Shown here: piece after piece, positions 46,643 through 56,393 of the stretch
How positions within the stretch are numbered: position 1 is the first letter of the stretch
Layout: the number at the start of each line of letters is the position of its first letter
Assembly: GCA_004431415.1 (NCBI GenBank)
Contig: QPMI01000472.1
Coordinates: 1 to 64,000 of the forward strand
Length of the DNA: 64,000 nt
Origin: Cyanophora paradoxa CCMP329
Taxonomy: Eukaryota > Plantae > Glaucophyta
Reading direction: 5' to 3'
Position numbers and translations under genes: made by a program
Notes under the pieces: model-generated
Databases searched by the model: none
Told to the model about the DNA's origin: nothing
What the model saw: the letters and a program-made list of their open reading frames with translations, nothing else

Positions 46643-49600
46643 ATGCCCCGAATTACCAACAAACTCATAAGGGAGAAGAAATGGGAACTCATGGGATTGC
46701 TGGGAACACTATATGCAGCCCATGAAATAACAGAGGCTGAATATGACCGGGAAATAGATTTAATTGCAAAGGGTAGACCCACTTTAGCCAGATTAACCAG
46801 AAAAGCAAATAACCTATATGATAAAATTGAAACCTTGGATGAACTGGATCGCCTAAGGCAAATAGAACCTGAGGCAGAAGATGGAACAGCCATGAATGAA
46901 TTATATCGCTGGCTCACTTACAGAGCCAGAAGGGAAGTTGTTGTAGATGTGATTGAATTCCTGGACAGAATTGCTACATCCCTTCCTAATCGATTAAAGC
47001 AGGGTTTAGATCAATTCAGGGCAATCAAGGTTCGCTTGTCTTTTATCTGCAAGTTCGTAAAAGTAAGCAATCCGCAGGTTTGGATATCGAAATACATTTA
47101 CAGCGATTATTTTGTACTAACCAGATCGAGAAATATTCGAACTGAGCTGAATAAAGCAGCCCAAATATGCCAGGAGCAGATGAATGTGGTTGATAGCTAT
47201 CGCTTAGAAAGAATTGAAATACTCAGAGTGGCTATTATGAGTTATGCTCCAACTGGTGGATGCTTTCTACAAACCCCAGAGTGGATTGCTAGGAAGAGAG
47301 CCACAGTGAATATTCGAAATATTGATGATTCCTGCTTCGAAAATGCAATTTTGGCATATATTCACAGAAAAGCGATAAACTCCCATAAGAGGAATGAGCT
47401 TTCACAATATCGCAAATGGAAATACTCAGCAATCGCTTATAATCCGCTGGCTCTCAATTTCGACAATATCCCATTCCCTGTTGCCTGTGATGCTGAAATA
47501 ATTGATAAATTCGAGGCTCAAAATGCAGGCATTAGCATTAATATATTTGGAATCGATGGAGAGGTTATTTATCCCCTGCATCAATCAAGTAACCCAGGCA
47601 GAAAGCATAAGGTTAATCTCATGCTGATATTTGATGATGAAGGGAATGGTCACTATATTACAATCATGTCCCTTTCAAGGCTATTGAAAGTAAACCATGA
47701 AACATACAATGATCAGAAGTTACACTACTGTGACACATGCTTATCTCGATTCAGGTCTGAGGCTAAACTCACTGCTCATGTGGACTCAAACAGATGCATT
47801 GATTGGAGACTCTCAAAGGGAATCACACCTAAACCTGAAACCACCATAGAGTTTGGATTGAAAAACCTCAGGAAAACTGTCTGGCTTCCTGTTGTGGTCT
47901 ACTGCAAGATTGAACATAGAAGCATCCCCATTGATGCATCGAAATCTAAGAGGGAAGTTTCAGCAGTCAACCTTAGAATAGTCACTGGGGCAGATGTTCA
48001 AGATTTTCGATTTGAGGGGCAGGATCCAATGGGAGATCTGTTTGAATGCTTGGAATCCAAAGCAAGAGAGCTGATCGATTTCCTGTTTACCAATATTCCC
48101 ATGAATGAACTCACAGATGAGCAGAAAGCAATTTACAAGGCTACTAAACACTGTTACCTTTGCAGTGAGAGGTTCACCAAAGAGAACTTCAAATGCAGGG
48201 ATCATGATCATCACACAGGCAATTATATTGCTCCTGCATGCAGAAACTGCAATCTCCATAGGAGAATCTCAAAGCAAACCAAAGTTGCAGTGGTTGTTGA
48301 CCAAATGGATGACTGTGGGACATTCATTTTCAGAAAAATAGCAGGCATGGGTGATAAAAAGCGAATCGAAATCCTTTCGAAAAACTTTGATCAATACCTT
48401 TCATTGCAATGGGGTCTTTACAAGTTCATTGATGCAAGCAATTTCATGGATTTCGGAGCTGCTGATGTGACTGAGTTAATGAACAAATTCCAGGCTTTTA
48501 GAAGGCTTTCACACTCAGTATATGGACTTGACCCAGTTCATTATGTATCTGCACCTGGGCTATCTTGGGATGCTATGTTAAGGACCACCAAGGCAAAAAT
48601 AGAGCTTATAAGTGATGTAGAGCAATACGAATTTGTTGAGAGGGGAATCAGGGGTGGCTTTGCAACAATGCCTTGTAGGTATGCTGAGGCTGATGGTGAG
48701 AACTCCCATATTATGCTGTTTGATGCTAACAACTTGTATGGCTACTGTTTGAGTCAGCCAATCCCAGTTGGTGATTTTAGATGGGAGACCGAATTCAACC
48801 CACAAGATAACAGATCCAGTTTCCTAGAAGTTGATCTGGATTACCCAATTAGGCTGTTTCTAGATCACAGTGATTTTCCCCTAATTATTAACAAGAAAAT
48901 AGTAGAATATGCAGAATTATCACAATATCAAAAAAGCCTATTGGATCTCTCAGGAGAAGAGCTTGATAAAACCCCTAAGCTAACTGCAACCTTTGGTTCT
49001 GTGACCAACTATGTAGTTTCTGAGCCTCTTCTACAATACATGTTAGCTAAAGGTGTGAAACTAAAGAAGGTTCACAGGGTCCTATCATTTACTGTGGCTC
49101 CTGTAATGAAACCCTACATTGAGCTGAATACTGATATGAGAAGGAAAGCAGTGAATAAATTCGAGGCTGATTTCTATAAGCTCATGAATAATTCAATCTA
49201 TGGGAAATGCATTGAATCATGTAGAGGTCGATCTGTGGTTAAGATTGCCAACACTGAGAAGCTATTTATGAAATATGCAGCTTCCCCATTGGTGAAATCA
49301 ACAAGTCCCATAAGTGAAAGGGCAGTTGCCTTTGAGTTTTACACAAAACATGTGAAGCTAGATAAGCCTGTTGCTATTGGGGCTTATGTTTTGGATACTG
49401 CCAAACTGCATAACTACAAGTTCTTCTATGATACTGTAAGGTCCCAGTGGGCAAAAGCAAAGTTACTATTCCATGATACTGATTCCTTTTGTCTATATAT
49501 CGAATCTCAGACCCTCCAAAAAGACCTAGAGAATATATCCTTTAATCTGGACTTAGGGGGATCTAACAGAATGACCCCAGGTAAATACAAAAATGAGATG

Positions 49601-49888
49601 CCAGGTTCTGCTATATTGGAGTATGTAGGTCTGAGAGCCAAAGTTTACAGTTTCAGAACTGCTGAGATTGAGAGAAGTAAGCTATCTGGGACTTCCACTG
49701 AGGAACTCCAATTCAATGATTTTAAGGAGTGTTTATTTGCAGGTATCAGCAAGACTGTGACTGCAAAGCAGAAAAGAAGGGCAGATCACACAATAATAGA
49801 TACTGTGAGTAGAAGGGTTGCCCTAAACTGCTTTGATGCAAAGAGATACATCTTACCAGATGGTATTAATTCTGTTCCTTTTAATTAA
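46643..49888 (+). CDS. Protein-primed-type family B DNA polymerase, element C
   Basis: DANNLYG, KLMNNSIYGK, HDTDS, K.KNE, GLRAKVY; N-terminal OTU-like DDSCF...GHY and EndoVII-like C..C...RDHDH.TG....AC..CN. Confidence 0.93.
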   Translation: MPRITNKLIREKKWELMGLLGTLYAAHEITEAEYDREIDLIAKGRPTLARLTRKANNLYDKIETLDELDRLRQIEPEAEDGTAMNELYRWLTYRARREVVVDVIEFLDRIATSLPNRLKQGLDQFRAIKVRLSFICKFVKVSNPQVWISKYIYSDYFVLTRSRNIRTELNKAAQICQEQMNVVDSYRLERIEILRVAIMSYAPTGGCFLQTPEWIARKRATVNIRNIDDSCFENAILAYIHRKAINSHKRNELSQYRKWKYSAIAYNPLALNFDNIPFPVACDAEIIDKFEAQNAGISINIFGIDGEVIYPLHQSSNPGRKHKVNLMLIFDDEGNGHYITIMSLSRLLKVNHETYNDQKLHYCDTCLSRFRSEAKLTAHVDSNRCIDWRLSKGITPKPETTIEFGLKNLRKTVWLPVVVYCKIEHRSIPIDASKSKREVSAVNLRIVTGADVQDFRFEGQDPMGDLFECLESKARELIDFLFTNIPMNELTDEQKAIYKATKHCYLCSERFTKENFKCRDHDHHTGNYIAPACRNCNLHRRISKQTKVAVVVDQMDDCGTFIFRKIAGMGDKKRIEILSKNFDQYLSLQWGLYKFIDASNFMDFGAADVTELMNKFQAFRRLSHSVYGLDPVHYVSAPGLSWDAMLRTTKAKIELISDVEQYEFVERGIRGGFATMPCRYAEADGENSHIMLFDANNLYGYCLSQPIPVGDFRWETEFNPQDNRSSFLEVDLDYPIRLFLDHSDFPLIINKKIVEYAELSQYQKSLLDLSGEELDKTPKLTATFGSVTNYVVSEPLLQYMLAKGVKLKKVHRVLSFTVAPVMKPYIELNTDMRRKAVNKFEADFYKLMNNSIYGKCIESCRGRSVVKIANTEKLFMKYAASPLVKSTSPISERAVAFEFYTKHVKLDKPVAIGAYVLDTAKLHNYKFFYDTVRSQWAKAKLLFHDTDSFCLYIESQTLQKDLENISFNLDLGGSNRMTPGKYKNEMPGSAILEYVGLRAKVYSFRTAEIERSKLSGTSTEELQFNDFKECLFAGISKTVTAKQKRRADHTIIDTVSRRVALNCFDAKRYILPDGINSVPFN

Positions 49889-49891
49889 GAG

Positions 49892-51277
49892 ATGCCAGCA
49901 ACTGGAAGAATAGTAAGGAGAACCACTGAGCAACTGCAAGGTAACCTACTGCCTATCACAGTTCCAAAGGAGGAAAAAGGGGAATCTCGAATTGTCAAAA
50001 AGTCTGAGATGAAAGAGCTTGTCCCAGTAGAGATCCCAGTTGCTATTGCAGTGAAAGAAACTAGCAAGATTGCCAAGAGATTCTATGATGTGAGAACTGG
50101 TTACAAAGGGCTTCAAGCTATGAGGGCTGAGTTACCAGATGAATCCTATAAGCAGTTGCAAGAGTTCTATAAAAAGCAAGAGGTAGTTCAGATCAATGCA
50201 CCTGCTATATCTAGGAAGAGAGATCCCATGGTCCCAATAAGGCAACCCCTTGATACCTATGTGATTGATTTGCTCTTTTTCCCAGCTTATAAGAAACAAA
50301 ACAATGGCTATGATACCTTTATGACTGCAATGGAATCAACACTGAGAACTGGGTATATCATACCTATAAGGGATAAATCAGCTCTCACTACATTAGCTGC
50401 ATTTAAACAGCTTGAGATGAGAGTAGCAAGACCCATAGTAAAAGTTCAATCAGATGCTGGAAGTGAGTTCCAAAATCGAATATTCCAGGAGTATTTATCT
50501 AGTAAATACATAGAACACCAAGTGAGTGGAACTGCTGACCACAGAAGCCAAGGTCGAATTGAAGCCTTTAACAAACAGATTAAGAGATTGATTACAAACT
50601 ACTGCATAGCCAATAATACAGCTAGATTCTTTGATGTGTTAGGTGATATTGAGTATAATTACAATAATACAGTTCACTCAGCTACTAAGATGAAGCCAGG
50701 CGAAACTACAGAGGAGCATTATAGGTATATAGTGGGATTAGAAGATGAAAGATTCAAGAAATCAATAGCTTACCTTGATACCATGCAGCCTGGCATGTTT
50801 GTTAGAGTGAAAGTTGAGAAAAATCCCTTTGCTAAACAGGGTAACAATTGGTCTAGGATGGTTTACACTGTTGATAGTAGGGAAGGCTTTAAGTTTAAGC
50901 TAAGGAGTCCCACTGGTGAGATCATAGAAAACAGGTTTGCTTTCCATGAGCTGTTGCCTGTGAATGCAGTTGAATATCTAGAAACCCCTACAGTGGATGC
51001 CTTAGAGCAAGCCAAGGAGGAAGCCAGGGTTGATGCTGCTATAAGGAGAGAAGGCATAGAAGCTGCTAATGAAGTCCCAGATAAGCCTTTGATAGAGGCT
51101 AGAAAGGAGAAGGCTGGGAAAGTTAACAGGGAACTCAAAAAGCTCACTATAGCAGGGACACAGAAACTTTCTGAGGTTAATAGCCAGAGATGGTATAATG
51201 ACTTTCAGACTACTAAGGAGTCATATACAGCCCCTAAACCTCAGAGAACACTAAGAGAAAGGACCAAAACTAGCTAG
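49892..51277 (+). CDS. Retroviral-type (rve) DDE integrase, element C
   Basis: VIDL, SDAGSEF, IEAFNKQIK, YNNTVHSATKMKP. Confidence 0.93.
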   Translation: MPATGRIVRRTTEQLQGNLLPITVPKEEKGESRIVKKSEMKELVPVEIPVAIAVKETSKIAKRFYDVRTGYKGLQAMRAELPDESYKQLQEFYKKQEVVQINAPAISRKRDPMVPIRQPLDTYVIDLLFFPAYKKQNNGYDTFMTAMESTLRTGYIIPIRDKSALTTLAAFKQLEMRVARPIVKVQSDAGSEFQNRIFQEYLSSKYIEHQVSGTADHRSQGRIEAFNKQIKRLITNYCIANNTARFFDVLGDIEYNYNNTVHSATKMKPGETTEEHYRYIVGLEDERFKKSIAYLDTMQPGMFVRVKVEKNPFAKQGNNWSRMVYTVDSREGFKFKLRSPTGEIIENRFAFHELLPVNAVEYLETPTVDALEQAKEEARVDAAIRREGIEAANEVPDKPLIEARKEKAGKVNRELKKLTIAGTQKLSEVNSQRWYNDFQTTKESYTAPKPQRTLRERTKTS

Positions 51278-51533
51278 TTTGCTAGGCGAAAACTCGTTTT
51301 TTCCAAATATATGTATGACTGATATACATATATGCACATGATATACACATAGTCTTGTAGATCTTATCAAGCGCTTCACAGCGATATGCAGAACGTTGCG
51401 TTTTGATGATCTGGTGATGAGATATAACAGTTTGAAGATGCCGATTATCGATTTTTCAAAATTTCGGCGAGATTTCTAAAATGATGCATCATAATGATGT
51501 AATAATAATGATGCATCATAAACATATAATTAT

Positions 51534-51761
51534 GTCACCGGTGACTTTATTTGTCACCGATGACTTAATTTATTTGTGTGATTGTGTCACCAGTGACTTT
51601 AATTTGTCACAGGTGACTCTATTTTTTTTGTGATTGTGTCACCAGTGACTTAATTCCTTGTGTGATTTTGTCACCGGTGAGTTTAATTTGTCACCGATGA
51701 CTTTAATTTGTCACCGGTGAGTTTAATTTGTCACCGATGACTTTAATTTGTCACCGGTGAC
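51534..51761. repeat. Array of ten GTCACCGGTGAC-type palindromes
   Basis: Starts at 51534, 51553, 51586, 51606, 51638, 51670, 51690, 51710, 51730 and 51750. Confidence 0.9.
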
Positions 51762-52041
51762 TTATGATTATTATTATTAATATATATATATATACATAAC
51801 AACAATGACGACATCGCCGTCATCGTCATGATCTCCCGAGTCACATGGTGTGTCATATATATCATATACATACGTCAAATCATGATGACGTCATTGAATG
51901 AAACCCCATACAAAACACTAAAACGCATGTATCTCTTCACCAACTCATCATCTGACAAAAACAAAAACAGATTCGGAATCCTCTTAACGAGGCCTGCGTG
52001 ACGATGTAAGTATCATAGGCTCAATAATTCATTAATTTGTA

Positions 52042-52871
52042 AGCATCTGCCCTAGATTCCCCCTATTATATAATATTTATATTTAAGTGGACTCAAGGTT
52101 GACTCATATTAATCGTAAAAGTAGTAAAAGTATATGGATTTTGTTACGAATTCAATGCAAGGGTTGACTAAGTGGGTTGAGTTGACTCAAATTTCACAGG
52201 AAATATTTGGGACCAAAAGTTTTCTAAAAAGGATTTCACAAAATGTGTCAACTCCCCCCACTTAGTCAACCCTGACCATAAACAGTAAGGATTTGAGCTA
52301 ACATGTATCACAAAGTGAACATTTTGAGTCCACTTAGAAGATCCACTTTTGAAATCAAAGTTGATTTTGCTTGAAATTTCAAAGTTGATCTAAAAGTGAG
52401 TCCACCCTGATTGATTATGGTAACAAAGTTGACTAAGTTGACTAAGTTGAGTCATCTTAAGAAATTCAAGGAGACTAAGAGTTCAAAATGTTTATGAAAA
52501 GTGAGTCAACTTAGACCACTTATGGTAACAAAGTTAAATATTTAATTGATTTAATCGGAAAAGAACATGATTTAATCGAATTTATTGATATAATTCCGAT
52601 TAGATTCATTTAGAATTCAATTAAGATCAATCGAAGTTATTGATATAATTCCGATTAACTACAATTAAGATACAATATCGATTAATCGAGTTTATCGATA
52701 TAATATCGATTAAATTAATTGAAATTGCATATAAAAATATGAAAATTCATGTGAAAATTCAAATAAATTAATCGATTTTATTGATATAACATCGAATCAC
52801 ACATATGAATATTCATATTTTAATCCTGAGGCGGAACGCCGAGGGATTAAAATATGAATATTCATATGTGT
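52042..52871 (-). repeat. Right TIR of element C (hairpin 52799-52871)
   Basis: Reverse complement of 25741-26570. Confidence 0.96.
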
Positions 52872-52877
52872 ACACTT

Positions 52878-53908
52878 TCCATGTGCCTTCTGATTTCCTT
52901 GCTCATTTCCCTCTTATCTATTACAGTGAGGATCAACTCGCCAAGAAGAAGCGTTCAATGGGAATGGTTCATGGTATCCCTGCCCATGGAACCAACCGAC
53001 TTGGTGGGTCATTTTTCACTGAAATCCCAGTCCCATGGCTAAACCACTACCTACCTCTTGGTGCTCTCTCAGGAGAAATGGTGGTAACTGTCTGGTTCAA
53101 GGATGCTGGAAAGGGTTATGTTGAGACTTCTTATGGTGGTCGTGCTCTTCCTGTTGTTGGTGGAACAGCTGCTGATAAGACAGAGGATGATGGACTTGGT
53201 GCTACTGCTAATGCTACTCTTGCCCATGTTGGTCAACAAATCACCACTTTTGGAATTGGTGCAACAACAACCCCCGAAATTAAAGTCACTTCTCCTCGTC
53301 TTTACATGCATGCTATTAATGTTTCTGATGAACTGTTTGCTACTGTCATTGAGAAGGTGAAGACCACTGGTATGGCTATTCCTGCTCTGGATATTGGTTT
53401 TGTTGACAGTGTCAATTTTGCTGCAAAAGGCAATGCTCAACCAAATCGTATTAACCTGTCACAGATCTCTGGTCTTGTCTATGGTCTTCTTGTTTCAGTT
53501 CGTGATGCCGCAGGTATTGATGGTTTCAATGGTTCCCACAGTGTCCTAAAAACGCATGCTAACTCAAAAGACATTACTTTCACTGTTGAAATTAATGGTC
53601 AACGTCTCTATGCTACTGAGCCCATCCCTCTCCTCAAAGGTGCCGAATTAATTGCGGATGCCTTCAAGTGCTCAAATATGGACAAGGTTGCAGACAAATA
53701 TGTCCTCAGTGGTCTACCGTTCTGTGTTGATGGAGAGAAAGCGATTCGCAACATTGCCCAGTCTGGCTATGTTGATCTCACGAACTCCTCCTCCTCTTTC
53801 CTCACTCTATACATGCCTTCTGACCAGACAATCACTGTTAATGTTCGTGCTCTCATGCACAGTTTCATTATAGTCGATAAGGACGGCCTGAGGCGAATCA
53901 ATCTGTAA
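52878..53908 (+). pseudogene. Major capsid protein of element B, 3' part
   Basis: Resumes FHVPSDFLAHFP after the TSD and is colinear with the MCP of C. Confidence 0.88.
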
Positions 53909-53970
53909 AACCATTATCAGTAACGTTTCGTTATTTTTATCTATCTTTAATAAGAAAGATCTACAAAGCC

Positions 53971-54753
53971 ATGAACGATTTAGAAGAATTTGTTGCCTCT
54001 GAGATGATAACCCCACCATTTCGTGCTCTTTTCATAGGAAAGTCTGCAACAGGCAAGTCAGAATGTGTGAAATATTGGTTGAAACAGCTGCATGATGCGA
54101 AAAAGATTGATACTGTTCTTGTTGTGAGTGGGACGTCCTTCAATCATTTCTGGGATAAAGTAGCAACTTTGCAACTCGGGAAATGGGATGCTGCTTACAT
54201 TTCCAAACTACTGGATGAAAGGCAGGAGAAAATCGAAAAAGGGGAACCTGTCAATCACCTCTGTGTGGTCTTAGACGATTTAATAGACAACGAAATCATT
54301 GATTTGACCCGAGACAAAATCGTGGGATCTCTGTATTCCAGAGGTCGCCACTCGAAAATCTCGATTATCTGCATCACACAGAAGCTGAGGAAGGTTTCAT
54401 CAACAATTCGAGTAAATTCGGATTATGCTGTGTTCCTGAGTGCTGCTAATCGCAAAGAACTCGAAGCAATTGAAGAGGAGTACAATATCATGCGAAACAA
54501 GGACGATTTCTATAAGATGTTCGAGGAATATGTACACTCCTACCAATATATTGTGTGGTCTTCTGCAAATTATTCGGTGAACTATTATGTTGATAAAGCG
54601 GATCTGGTCAAAGATTTCCCATTTCCTCGGTTCCACAGGAAGCCCAAAAAGAAAGAAGATGAACTACCATCTCCACAGAAAGAGGAAGCACCCAAAGAGG
54701 TCAAGAGTGGTGTTCATTCAAACAAACTGATGCGATATAAGAGAGGATTGTAA
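53971..54753 (+). CDS. A32-like packaging ATPase, element B
   Basis: GKSATGKS, VVLDD, RGRH. Confidence 0.93.
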   Translation: MNDLEEFVASEMITPPFRALFIGKSATGKSECVKYWLKQLHDAKKIDTVLVVSGTSFNHFWDKVATLQLGKWDAAYISKLLDERQEKIEKGEPVNHLCVVLDDLIDNEIIDLTRDKIVGSLYSRGRHSKISIICITQKLRKVSSTIRVNSDYAVFLSAANRKELEAIEEEYNIMRNKDDFYKMFEEYVHSYQYIVWSSANYSVNYYVDKADLVKDFPFPRFHRKPKKKEDELPSPQKEEAPKEVKSGVHSNKLMRYKRGL

Positions 54754-54781
54754 AATAATCTCTGCTTCTTATAAATATACA

Positions 54782-55516
54782 ATGCCTTCGAAACGCAAAG
54801 TTGGCGTTCCTGCTGGTGCTATGTCATATTCTGCATCATCTGGAACCGGTTCTATTAACACAGAGCCCCTGAAATTCAATGGTGTCAATGAAGTGAAAGC
54901 ATCACAGCATCAGGAAGATCCCCTCAATGCTGCTTACGAAGAATCACCAGATGATAAAGCGCCCCAGGCATCCACCAGTGATCAATTGAATATTTCACCC
55001 GAAACCTCTAAGATGAAGGCAGTTGGTGAAGGTGCTCGTCGAATTATTGGTGCTGCTGATGACAAAGGATTGGGTCTGCAAGATCTCTCACTTGCCCGAA
55101 AAGGTGAAGGTGTCTCCAAGGAATCTGACAAGGTAATTCAATCCATGGCTGGCGAGGTCACCTACAAGGTCGCACCTACACAGAATATTCATCGAATTCC
55201 CAAAGCCCAATGGGACGAAATGACTGCGAAACTTAAAGATCTGGAAGCGAAATCCAGTGCACTTGAACAGTATGTCTCTGAGAAGAAAGAGAGAGCAAAA
55301 TTGAAGGAGATGCTGCGAAAGGAGGTGTACAGAATGGGAATTACTGGTCTCCCAGATAAGCAGTTCATTGGTAAGAAAGAAACTCAAATCGATGAGCAGG
55401 CAGTTGATGAGATGAAGACCAAAACCCAGAAGGGCACCATTGAACCTGGTGCTACCAAGGCAGAGGTTGATAAAGGTGTTGCCCCAACAGTATATAAACG
55501 ACGAGTTTGGCTATAA
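54782..55516 (+). CDS. Conserved charged coiled-coil protein, element B
   Basis: Ortholog of 41439-42173. Confidence 0.75.
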   Translation: MPSKRKVGVPAGAMSYSASSGTGSINTEPLKFNGVNEVKASQHQEDPLNAAYEESPDDKAPQASTSDQLNISPETSKMKAVGEGARRIIGAADDKGLGLQDLSLARKGEGVSKESDKVIQSMAGEVTYKVAPTQNIHRIPKAQWDEMTAKLKDLEAKSSALEQYVSEKKERAKLKEMLRKEVYRMGITGLPDKQFIGKKETQIDEQAVDEMKTKTQKGTIEPGATKAEVDKGVAPTVYKRRVWL

Positions 55517-55543
55517 TTATCTCGCTTTAAGAGAGAGAATATC

Positions 55544-55777
55544 ATGGATTTTCTGCGCAAAATCATTGAAATGTTTAATCTCCACATTGTGAGCAATTGT
55601 CACAGTGGTTGCTGTGACACCAAAGTCGAAATCGAGTTCTCAGACACTGAAAGCCATGGATCTGGTGGAAGGAGATTATCCACAGACTCGGTGGATTTCG
55701 AAGAGCATATTAAGACAGAGACAGTGAGGCGAAGGTCTGTATCTTTCACAGATCCGAAATTAAATCTCGGTAATTAA
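55544..55777 (+). CDS. Small CHSGCC protein, element B
   Basis: Ortholog of 42196-42468. Confidence 0.65.
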   Translation: MDFLRKIIEMFNLHIVSNCHSGCCDTKVEIEFSDTESHGSGGRRLSTDSVDFEEHIKTETVRRRSVSFTDPKLNLGN

Positions 55778-55978
55778 TATCGAATGCTCAGTCTCCCTGA
55801 GATCTATGCTATCCTGGACAGGAAATCCGCTGAATATGCAACAGAAGCCGCAATAAAAAAGCGTAGACAGGAACTGGTCTCGATCTGCAAAAAATGACAA
55901 GGGATTTAAGGGTAAGGTGTGTTTGATTGGTGAACCCGGACAAATTATTTTCTCGTCCAAATATAAGGAACATATCAA

Positions 55979-56206
55979 ATGGAAACTGAATCTGTGGTCG
56001 AATTCGAACTTGCAATGAGCGAAATGGATCCCAATGAGAGGAAAAGGTTGTATGACCGCTTGTACTTCCAGAAACGTTATCAAGATGAGGAGTTCCGTGA
56101 ATTATATCGTAAAAAGGCACTGGAACGATATTATCGCAGGAAAGCTGCTGAGATGGATCCCAATAATCCAGTAAAACGCCCAGTTGGTCGTCCCAGGAAA
56201 TACTGA
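55979..56206 (+). CDS. Small basic AT-hook protein, element B
   Basis: QKRYQDEEFRELYRKKALERYYRRK...RPVGRPRKY. Confidence 0.7.
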   Translation: METESVVEFELAMSEMDPNERKRLYDRLYFQKRYQDEEFRELYRKKALERYYRRKAAEMDPNNPVKRPVGRPRKY

Positions 56207-56393
56207 ACCGCCCCCAAAGTCCCAAATATCCGCTGAATCCTTTTTGTTACCATGATCGATCGACTTTTCGATGGATCATTACCATATATCGAGCGCCAAT
56301 CGGAAAACCCAAAGGTATTTAAAGGTTAGGCGCCAAAAAATGACAAGGATCCGGAGAAATTAATTTCTCCATTAAGTATAAGAAGACCCCAAG

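Larger units (their letters stand above)
25741..52871 (+). mobile_element. Element C: complete 27,131-bp endogenous Polinton-like virus
   Basis: 830-bp TIRs, ACACTT duplicated at 25735-25740 and 52872-52877, and a full gene set (MCP, two pentons, ATPase, primase-helicase, pPolB, integrase). Confidence 0.96.

Noticed and set aside
25741-52871. Mavirus-type virophage or canonical animal Maverick
   Set aside because: No maturation cysteine protease recognised, and the ~455-aa MCP and IDSRDR-type penton look PLV-like; formal placement needs a phylogeny
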